A stretch of 64,000 bases of DNA, from contig CAVYRF010000002.1 of assembly GCA_963770895.1 (NCBI GenBank), forward strand, positions 1,984,001 to 2,048,000, in the 5' to 3' direction. The position numbers were made by a program, and so were the translations under genes. Positions within the stretch are counted from its first letter, which is position 1. Every line of letters starts with the position of its first letter. Below, piece by piece: positions 9,282 through 17,100 of the stretch. Source of the DNA: an uncultured Acidobacteriota bacterium (lineage in GTDB: Bacteria > Acidobacteriota > Thermoanaerobaculia > Multivoradales > UBA5704). The notes below the pieces were generated by a model. The model saw only the letters and a list, made by a program, of their open reading frames with translations, had not been told where the DNA came from and made no database searches.

Positions 9282-9377
9282 GGACTTTTTGTTTTCCAAT
9301 TCGCGGGCGCACCCACGCTGCCGCGGTCCGGTCACTGGCTTAGTGGTGCTAGAGATTCAGACCCCCCTACTCCCCCC
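9282..9377 (-). repeat. Conserved non-coding motif, copy 2 (cos/packaging-site-like)
   Basis: Ungapped match of conserved blocks to 95-186 at offsets 0, 14, 46 and 68. Confidence 0.7.
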
Positions 9378-9577
9378 GACAAGCGTCAGATGCTCGCCAC
9401 GCTCGCCTAGCGAAGGGTGGAAACGGCTCCCGGACCTACTAGCCGCTAGCCTGCCGTGGTGGTCGTCATGCAGGGATCGCAGATGGTGAGGCAAGACACC
9501 GAACAGGCCTCAGTTGGGCGAGCTCCTGGCGCTTCGCGCAGCACCTGGGCGGTGAGCGTGGCTAGCGTCTCGCGGTT

Positions 9578-10189
9578 TGTTGCCGGCTGAGCAGACCCGC
9601 TGCTATTCGGTGAAGAACGCGTGTCACCGCCGCTGCTTAAATACCGCTGCTGGAGGGCGCCCTCGGCGTCGGCTGGTATTGAACCAGCGGTGGAGGGGTC
9701 GAAAGCGTAGGAACTCTGTCCGAACTGTTCCGCAGACTGGGCAGACTGGCGGCCGCGGTTCGGTATCGGGCGAGAGGAGGCCGGCAGGCTGGGGCGTATT
9801 GCGACACTGCTCCGTCACGACCGGTCGGCGCTCCGATTGGCGGTACCGGGCTTGGCGCTCTGCATGAAGCAGCCGTCCGCGTGGCGTAGCCTGGTGGCGC
9901 CTGTTGGATGCTCGCTGCTTCTCCCTGCGTGCGGCTCGCGCACACACCTTGCCGCAGTAGATGTTGCCTCGGTCGCACCCCGAGCAGATCGCGACCAATG
10001 CGCGACACCTGAGACAGCAGTACAAACGCTGAGCCTTCATGGTAGAGCCAGTCTACCGCCAGCCGCCGGCCCGCCGGTCCCCCTTGTCCACCCCCCCGGC
10101 GGGGATGATGCTGAGGGAACTTCACCACCTCCGATGGCTGAGAACTGCGTTCTTCACCGGATAGCAGCGGGTCTGCGCAGCCGCCAACA
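9578..10189. mobile_element. 612-bp non-autonomous transposable element (TGT...ACA ends)
   Basis: 43-bp TIRs (9578-9620 and 10147-10189, 3 mismatches), CGGTT target duplication (9573-9577 and 10190-10194), no transposase. Confidence 0.92.
9624..10040 (-). CDS. Cys-rich, basic zinc-finger-like protein (resembles IS21-associated accessory ORFs)
   Basis: CLRC...ICSGCDRGNIYCGKVC...RRHQATPRGRLLHAERQARYR...CPVC; it is the only convincing ORF between the TIRs. Confidence 0.7.
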   Translation of the reverse strand: MKAQRLYCCLRCRALVAICSGCDRGNIYCGKVCARAARREKQRASNRRHQATPRGRLLHAERQARYRQSERRPVVTEQCRNTPQPAGLLSPDTEPRPPVCPVCGTVRTEFLRFRPLHRWFNTSRRRGRPPAAVFKQRR

Positions 10190-11132
10190 CGGTTGAATGC
10201 CAGTTTGGGGGACCGCTTCTGCATTTGGTTTCTCCTTTCGCCGAAAAGCCCTGATCAGACGAGATGACCGCGCGGCTTGAGGCGCCAATCGGCCCCACCA
10301 CCGCGCGGCAGAATTCTCGCATGAAAGAGGAGACGTGGGCGTCAAGGGTTCCGCGCCTGTCGCTAAGACCTGCACAGGACCACCACCAAAGTTCACAGAA
10401 TCGATTCCCTGAGGTAGGCAATCCGCGACGCCATGCTCATTTATCTACAGTGATTTACGCCTTGTTAGGTGCGATGGCTTGGGTGCGAGGCTGTGGTGGT
10501 TGGTAGAGACTCCGACCACCACAGCCAGCAACGCCAAATCCCCCGATCAACCTGGGCACGACACTGCCGACGATAAGGTATGCCCCGGCGCGCCCAGGCA
10601 AGCCCCGGCGGAAGAGAAGGGAAGGATGGCGGCGGGGCGGTTGGACGAACGCTGGAATGGTTGGCCCGATTCGTCGGATTACGGGCGGGCGTGCTGGCAG
10701 GTGACTGTCGCGGCGGGCACACCCCCTCCCATGCCTGGGAGGTGAGGTGTTAGGCGGGCGGCTGGGAAACCGCAGGGAAGGGCCTTTCAGGGCAGCCCTC
10801 GCCTTTCCGGGTTAGTCTTGTTTGCCGGGTCTAGCCCGGCGCCCAGGCATTCGACCGGGACGTGGGGGTCGAGGTGCTTGCGCACTCTCGGACGAGATCA
10901 AATACTCGTCGCCGTTGCCCGGATTTCCCCGTGCCTACCACTTTGCCGGCAGCGATCATTGCCAGCCCTGTTGAGCCTTTTCGGTCTTTCACCTTGGACA
11001 AGGCTTTTCCTATCGTAACCATCGCAACGCGGCCCGGCCCACTCTCCACAGTCGGCCGGGCCTATAGTCTTCAGCGGACCTGAAATTTCCGTCCAACAAA
11101 GCGTCAGTCGTGCAGCGGGGCCTTGCCGGTCC

Positions 11133-11342
11133 TCAGCCTGCGGCGGTCGTTGGAATCGCTCGCGGGCCGCGGGGAAGACTGGCGAGGAACTTGTCCAGGT
11201 CTTCGCGGAACCAGCCGGATGCATGCTCGCCCAGAATGACTCGCGGAGGGAGCTGTCCCGCTCGTTCGAGGCGATATAGAGACGCCCTGCTGAGGCCGAT
11301 GTAGACCGCTGCGGCGGCAGGGCGCAAAACTCTCTGTAGCAT
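11133..11342 (-). CDS. alpA: AlpA-family regulator/excisionase
   Basis: VLRPAAAAVYIGLSRASLYRLERAGQLPPRVILGEHASGW; RBS AAGGAGA. Confidence 0.88.
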   Translation of the reverse strand: MLQRVLRPAAAAVYIGLSRASLYRLERAGQLPPRVILGEHASGWFREDLDKFLASLPRGPRAIPTTAAG

Positions 11343-11479
11343 CAAGATTCTCCTTGCTTGGCAGGCAGTGCGCCATGCGCTGCCTGGGACGCTCGGGGTA
11401 TCAATCGCACGCGTAAATTGAAACATGTCGGCTTGCCCCTTTGCAAGTTTGCTCATAATTCAATCGATGTCCTTCACAA

Positions 11480-11495
11480 CACGTGCATGCACGTG
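11480..11495. promoter_or_regulatory. Perfect 16-bp palindrome upstream of alpA (candidate operator)
   Basis: CACGTGCATGCACGTG in a lower-GC intergenic stretch. Confidence 0.4.
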
Positions 11496-11713
11496 CAGGA
11501 ACGCAATGTGCCAGGGCGGCTCATGGAGGATTAGCGGGTCCGCCGCCGGCAGCTCGCTCGATCTCAAAGTGAAGCATGGGAGGCTCGCCTTGTGCCACAT
11601 CCAATTGCAGCCTGCCCTGTGCAAAACTGGTGTAAGCCGGCCTTCGCCAAGTTGCTGGGTCTGGAAGGCCGCGGAGAGCAAATCCACGTTCACCGTATCG
11701 AACTGGCCTTGGA

Positions 11714-12241
11714 TCATTCGGCCTCCAGTGCCGGCGCGGCGGCGGATGCAGCGGCGGAAGCGCCGATCCACGGGGCGCGCCAGCTGCCGGTCTGTAGGTC
11801 CATGAAGGCCAGGCAGCAGTGAGCCACAGCCTTGCCGCACTCCTGAGCCAGCCGCAGGATGTCCTTGTGGGATCTCGCCGGCGGCGTCCGGATGTCCAGC
11901 GCCCGAGTGTCCAGCGGCAGGGTGTCCGGCTCCCTGGTGTCCGGCGGCAGGGTGCCGTCTTCCGGCGGCCCTTCCTGGCCGGCTGGCCTTTGCTGGGCTC
12001 GGTAGAGATCCGTCAGGGTCAAACCCATGGCGGCCACGATGCGCCCGAGGGTGCGCGCACAGGGCTGGCGGATGCCCTGCTCGTATCGGGCCAGGGCCGT
12101 CGAGGTGCACCCGACCTGCGCGGCAAGCTGCCGCAGGGTCATACCCGTATCTCGGCGAAGTCTCAGGATCGCCAGCCCAACGAGCTGTGCTTCGTCGGCG
12201 TTCCGCTTCCGATGCCTCCCCTTTGCGGGTTGGGCCTTCAT
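11714..12241 (-). CDS. XRE-family HTH regulator
   Basis: ILRLRRDTGMTLRQLAAQVGCTSTALARYEQGIRQP; contains 15-bp internal repeats at about 11891-11959. Confidence 0.85.
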   Translation of the reverse strand: MKAQPAKGRHRKRNADEAQLVGLAILRLRRDTGMTLRQLAAQVGCTSTALARYEQGIRQPCARTLGRIVAAMGLTLTDLYRAQQRPAGQEGPPEDGTLPPDTREPDTLPLDTRALDIRTPPARSHKDILRLAQECGKAVAHCCLAFMDLQTGSWRAPWIGASAAASAAAPALEAE

Positions 12242-12597
12242 GACAGCTCTCCTTCGATTGAACCGGCCAGGTCGCCTACCTTTGCGGCGAGCTTGCCGGC
12301 GAAGTGGGCCAGGTCGTCGTCGGCCGGTTCCAGGCAAGAATCCTGGGCGGACTTGCGCACGGAGCGCAGGAAGCCTTCGACGAAGCGCAGCTCGGCAGCC
12401 GCGGCCCGCAGCTCGGCGCGGGTGATCGAGTCTTTGTCGGGGAAGTCGGTCGTCTCGACGGCCATGTCGTAGATGAGCCTCCCGACCTGACGGAGGGCTT
12501 CGCGGGACACGGGGTCGTCAATGCAGATCAGCGTCGTTTCCCGGAACGAATCGGCGGGGTTCCAGGGGTGAGGGGTAGACTGCGGGTGGTCGGGCAT
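12238..12597 (-). CDS. Hypothetical helical protein, coupled to the XRE gene
   Basis: 119 aa, RBS GGAGG, ATGA overlap with the XRE gene. Confidence 0.7.
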   Translation of the reverse strand: MPDHPQSTPHPWNPADSFRETTLICIDDPVSREALRQVGRLIYDMAVETTDFPDKDSITRAELRAAAAELRFVEGFLRSVRKSAQDSCLEPADDDLAHFAGKLAAKVGDLAGSIEGELS

Positions 12598-12887
12598 GGG
12601 ATGCCTCCGTGCTCGGCAAGTCCCCGGCGGGAGCTCGTTACTTCCGCCGGGGGCGTCTGACTGAAACGGGGGCGGCGCGTGCCGCCCCTCTGTGCTCTGG
12701 GTTCAGGTGGGAACGTGGCCTGCCGCACCAACGGGCCGGATCGTCTTGCTGCCAGCGCTGGCACCGGTAGCGCGCCGCGCGGCTGGACCGGCTGGGCGAC
12801 CACAGAATGTATACCTGCCGGCGGCTTGGAGCGGGTGGGAATGACGGCGTGCCTAATGCCAGGGGCGGCCGTCAACCGTCGTTCGTT

Positions 12888-12906
12888 TTCGCCCCTCATT
12901 CGCCCC
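12888..12906 (+). repeat. Putative integrase arm-type sites (right)
   Basis: TTCGCCCC twice at an 11-bp period, followed by TGGCAGA. Confidence 0.7.
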
Positions 12907-12974
12907 TGGCAGACACGGTTGCCCGAGCCTTCGGAGGCGCTCCAGCGCAAATCGCTTAGATCGTTGGGGTTAGG

Positions 12975-13051
12975 TGGTGCACCCAGGAGGATTTGAACCC
13001 CCAACCTACAGATCCGTAGTCTGTCGCTCTATCCAGTTGAGCTATGGGTGC
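12975..13051 (-). tRNA. tRNA-Arg (anticodon ACG)
   Basis: GCACCCATAGCTCAACTGGATAGAGCGACAGACTACGGATCTGTAGGTTGGGGGTTCAAATCCTCCTGGGTGCACCA folds as a cloverleaf with an encoded CCA. Confidence 0.97.
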
Positions 13052-13253
13052 ACGAGTGCGGCTTCGTGCGGAGCGGGAATTGTAGAGGATGGGGTCGTTG
13101 GGCCGCAAGAGGTGGGGGGGCGTGATTGGCTGGCTGGTGCAGGTTGGAAGCGCTCTGCGCCGGGGATGGCGTCAGGTTGGGCTGGGGCGGGAGCTGCGAC
13201 TGGGTTGGGGCTGGGTGGCGGCGGATGGTTGGGCTTGAAGGGTGCTGGGTGGG

Positions 13254-15411
13254 TCAGGGTTGCTGGATGGCTTGCTTGGGGTCGATGCGGGTGGCGGTGA
13301 GGGCGGGGATGAGGATGGCGAAGGCGGCGGTGGCGGTGAGGATGGGGATGACGAGGGCGAAGGTGAGGGGGTCGGTGGGGGTGACGCCGTGGAGGGAGCC
13401 TTGGAGACCTCGGGTGGTGGCGAGGGCGACGGCGGTGCCGGCGAGGAGGCCGGCGGCGACGGGGGGGACTGCTTGGTGGGCGAGGAGGAGGAGGATGGTG
13501 GGGCGGGTGGCGCCGAGGGTCATGCGGATGCGATTTCGCGGGTGCGGAGGCCGGCGAAGTGGGCGATGTCGCCGTAGATGCCGACGGCGGCGAGGAAGAG
13601 GCCGAGGAGGCCTAGGGCTAGGAGGAGAAGGGTGTGGAAGCGCTCTTCGGCGGTGGCGCCGCGGAGGGAGTCGTCCATGGTGGTGAGGGTGAGGGGCAGG
13701 GTGGGGTCGACGGCGGCGACGGTGGCGCGGGTGGCGGTGGCGAGGGTGCGGGGATCGGGGCCGCGGGCGATCAGGGTCATGGTGCGCTGGGTCCAGGTCC
13801 AGGTGTCGGCGGGGGCCTGGTCGATGGGGAGATAGAACTCGGGAGCGAGGTCGTGCGCGGGGCCGCGGGTGTGGACGTCGCCGACGATGCCGATGATGGT
13901 CTTTGAGCGGGTGTCGGTGGGGGTGCTTTCGCAGCAGAGGATCTGTTTGCCCAGGAGGTTGGCTTGGCTCCAGGTGCGGCGGGCTTGGTGGGCGAGCTGC
14001 TGGCTGATGATCATGACCCGCTCTCGGCCGGCGAGGTCGTCGCGGGTGAAGGTGCGGTGCGTCGCAGGTGAAGGTCGCTGCGGATCAGGAGGCCGGCGCC
14101 CACCAGGAGGGTGAGCGCCAGACCGACTTCGGCGGCGACCAGGAGGCTGCGCAGGCGGTCGCGCGCGGGGCCGGTGCCGGCGGCGCCGGCACGCAGCAGG
14201 GTTTGCGGGTCCTGGCGTGCGGAGCGCAGGGCGGGCGCCATGCCGAAGAGGAGGCTGGCGGCAAGGGAAACCAGGAGGGTGAAGAGCAGGACGCTGGCGT
14301 CGATGCGGGTTTCGCCGAGGCGCGGAATGCCGGCGGGCGCCAGCGGGAGGAGCAGGCGCACGGCGGCTTCGGCGAACGCCAGGCCGAGGGCGCCGCCGGC
14401 CAGGGCGAGGACGGCGCTTTCGCCGAGGAGCTGGCGCACGATGCGGCTGGCGCCGGCGCCCACGGCGGCGCGGATGGCAAGCTCGTGGGCGCGCCCGGAG
14501 CCGCGGGCCAGCAGGAGGCTCGCCACGTTGGCGCAGGCGATGAGCAGGACGAGGCCGACGGCTCCCAGCAGGACTAGCAGGCGCCGGCGGTAGGAACCGA
14601 TCAGATATTCGGCCAGGGGCTGGATGCGCACGCCGGTCCTGCCGTAGTTGGCATCGGGGTAGCGTTGCGCAAGGTGGCGCATGGCGACGCTGAGCTCGGC
14701 TTGCGCCGCGGCGGGGCTTGCATGGGGTTGCAGCAGGCCCAGCACATCGAGGAAATGGTTGTCGTGCTGGCTGCGCTCGGCCGGGGTAAAGGCGATCGGC
14801 AGCCAGAGCTCTTCCTGGGAGAGCGTGGGATCGAAGCCCGCGGGCATCACTCCGATGACTTTGAAGGCGCGCCCCGACAGGTGCAGGGTGCGTTGCAGGA
14901 CGGCGGGGTCGGAGCCCAGGCGGTTGCGCCACAGAGCGTCGGAGATCACGACCACGGGTTCGGCCGCCGGCTGGTCTTCTTGCGCGGTGAAGGTGCGGCC
15001 GAGCCGCGGTGGCACACCAAAGACGGCGAAGAAGTCGTGGGTGACCGGTGCCGCCAGGACCCTTTCCGGGCGGTCTCCGTCGGCCAGGTTGAGGACGGTG
15101 AAGCGTTGCTGCCGCAGGGCGTAGCGCACGTCGTCGTGCAGCTCGCCGAGCAGGATGCGCCAGCGCCAGCGCCGTTCGGTGCCTTGGGCGATGCGGGCGC
15201 AGGCGCTGGCGACCTGGGTGCGGTCGTCGAAGCGCTGGGCCGCTTCGGCACGCGCCTGCGCCTGGGTCATGCCGGATTCTTCCAGCTCCCGCGCCAGCAT
15301 CGCGACGTGGAAATCGATCTCTTCGGCGACCTGGTCGTCGATCTTGGGGCCGAGCAGGCGGGCGCGCAGGCGACGCTCGAAGGTTTGCCAGGTGTGTTCT
15401 TTGCTTTTCAT
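13254..15411 (-). pseudogene. ADOP/MacB-like duplicated ABC permease, broken
   Basis: VLLIACANVASLLLARG and ELAIRAAVGAG motifs. Homology is spread over three frames (shifts near 14050 and 13525) and the first TM segment appears deleted. Confidence 0.8.
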
Positions 15412-15468
15412 GGCCTTGCGTCGTGCGGGTCGAGTGGCCGGCGGTGAACGCAACGCGGCAGTTGGCGA

Positions 15469-15828
15469 TCAGACCGCTTCGGGGCTGGTCTCCGGGGCCG
15501 GCAGGAGGATGGGCGCGACGGCGGCCAGGAATTCCGCGAAGGTGCGGATCTCCACCTGGAGCTGCCGCTCGCCCTCAGGGGTCAGGCGGTAGAAGCGGGC
15601 GCGCCGCCCAAGCTCCGATTGGCCCCAATCGGCTTCGACCCAGCCGAGGCGTTCCAGGCGGTAGAGGGCCGGATAGAGCGTGCCTTCTTCGACCCGCAAC
15701 GCCTGGGCGCCCCGCGTGCGCAGCCAGCGCGAGATGCCGTAGCCGTGCAGGGGACCCGCGGCAGCCAGGGCCTTGAGGATCAGGGCGTCGAGGGTGCCGC
15801 GCAGCCGGTCGCTGGTGGTCTTCATCAT
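15469..15828 (-). CDS. PadR-family regulator (acidobacterial type)
   Basis: GTLDALILKAL...HGYGI...VEEGTLYPALYRLE...WGQSELGRRARFYRLT; lies upstream of the ADOP permease. Confidence 0.92.
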   Translation of the reverse strand: MMKTTSDRLRGTLDALILKALAAAGPLHGYGISRWLRTRGAQALRVEEGTLYPALYRLERLGWVEADWGQSELGRRARFYRLTPEGERQLQVEIRTFAEFLAAVAPILLPAPETSPEAV

Positions 15829-15875
15829 GGATCTGCCTCCTGGCCTCCTGGGTACCTTGTGTGTGTGTGTGACCC

Positions 15876-15929
15876 ATACCCAGAGGACAAGGTATAGTGT
15901 GATGGAGCGATACCCAGATGTCAAGGTAT
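15876..15929 (-). promoter_or_regulatory. padR promoter with two palindromic operator boxes
   Basis: ATACCCAGAGGACAAGGTAT (15876-15895) and ATACCCAGATGTCAAGGTAT (15910-15929); the second contains a minus-strand TTGACA. Confidence 0.7.
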
Positions 15930-16070
15930 GAGGTCGCAAGGTGCGCTGCTGCCGCCATTTGGGGCGGTTGGGGTGGCGGCCGGATCTTTGCATTCTGGCG
16001 AGAGAGTCGAGCCATGCGGCAGGCGGCCAGCGCGGAGCTGGGCCGCGCCCGCATGCCAGAGGAGTCTGAG

Positions 16071-16568
16071 ATGCCCGAAAAGGAAACGATCGAACGGGCG
16101 AAGCGCGACAAGCGCGAGGGGAAGTCGCCCAGCACGCAGGCCGGCGAGTTCGTGCACGAGGAGATGGAGCACATCCGCGAAGGCAAGCACGGTGCGCGCT
16201 CGACCAAGCAGGCGATCGCCATCGGGCTGTCGAAGGCTCGCCGTGCGGGAGTCGAGCTGCCGCCGCCTGGCAAGCAGAGCGCTTCGGCGGCGACGCGTCG
16301 CAGCGCCGCGCGCGACTTGGAGAAGGGCAAGGAGGGTGCCGTCGAAAAGCCTTCGCCGAAACGCTCGCGTGCCACGAGCGCCGCGCTCAAGCGCGAGGGC
16401 AGCGCGGCGGCGTCTCCGGCCGCGCTTTCCAGGCAGGCGCGCGCCGCGGCCGCCAAGCGAACGGCCGGCGACCGGTCCGCCGCGGCGCGCAAGGCGGTGC
16501 GCACCAAGGGAGCGGCCGGGCGCTCGGCGGCGGCCAAAAAGGCGGCCCGCACGCGTTCCAAAGAGTAG
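16071..16568 (+). CDS. Small basic Ala/Lys/Arg-rich putative DNA-binding protein (DUF6496-like)
   Basis: GKSPSTQAGEFVHEEMEHIREGKHGARSTKQAIAIGLSKARRAG followed by a histone-like tail. Confidence 0.8.
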   Translation: MPEKETIERAKRDKREGKSPSTQAGEFVHEEMEHIREGKHGARSTKQAIAIGLSKARRAGVELPPPGKQSASAATRRSAARDLEKGKEGAVEKPSPKRSRATSAALKREGSAAASPAALSRQARAAAAKRTAGDRSAAARKAVRTKGAAGRSAAAKKAARTRSKE

Positions 16569-17100
16569 TAGCCGGGAGGGTCGTCGCCGTCCGCAAGGCC
16601 GGTGGGGCGCTCCGCTCGCCTGGGCCGGCGTGGCGGCGCTGATCGACTACTGCTGCGTCGGGGTGCTGGCAGTGCTCTGGGCGCTGCTGGGCGCGGCGGT
16701 CGCCGCGTGGTTCCACGGTGTCTGGAACCTCGGGCCTTCCGGTGGCCTGGGCCAGGACGAACGACCAGGTGCTCTGGATCAAGGTATTCACGGTGAGGAG
16801 TTGGCGGCGGCGAAGCCGGCGAGCGCCGCCGCCTGGTCGGTATCCACAACGTTCCATGGACGCCGGAGAGCCGGCCTGCACAGGCTGGAGCGGGGACTTG
16901 TATCGGTATCTCTCGCGGTGTGTTAAAATGCTTGGAAAGCATAGCTCGAAGCTCCGCCAGGAGTGGGAAAGCAGTCTGGCGGGGCTGCCCAAAATGCGCT
17001 TTTGACATGGATGTGGGCGGAAACGGGGATACGGGACCGGGCATGGTCATGTGTCGCCGGATACTGCTTTCTGAGATCGTTTCCACGAGGAGAGGACCCC

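Larger units (their letters stand above)
9446..10224 (-). pseudogene. Insertion-disrupted RiPP (lanthipeptide-like) precursor gene, 53 aa when reconstructed
   Basis: Removing 9578-10189 plus one CGGTT restores a 162-bp ORF MQKRSPKLAFNRETLATLTAQVLREAPGARPTEACSVSCLTICDPCMTTTTAG* with RBS AAAGGAGA. Confidence 0.8.
3231..13023. mobile_element. tRNA-Arg-integrated genomic island of about 9.8 kb (satellite-like)
   Basis: Flanking 49-bp att repeats, tyrosine integrase, AlpA, paired arm-type repeats and defence-type cargo. Confidence 0.92.

Noticed and set aside
9637-10224. 195-aa minus-strand ORF starting MQKRSPKLAFNR
   Set aside because: Chimeric read-through from the precursor's first codons into the inserted element.
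10225-11130. Short ORFs as a possible replication gene or additional precursors
   Set aside because: No primase, Rep or relaxase motifs and no second leader-like peptide with an RBS were found by eye.
11460-11717. ORF overlapping the XRE stop (MIQGQFDTV...)
   Set aside because: An ATGA overlap exists, but composition is atypical and there is no recognisable motif; it probably spans the alpA promoter region.
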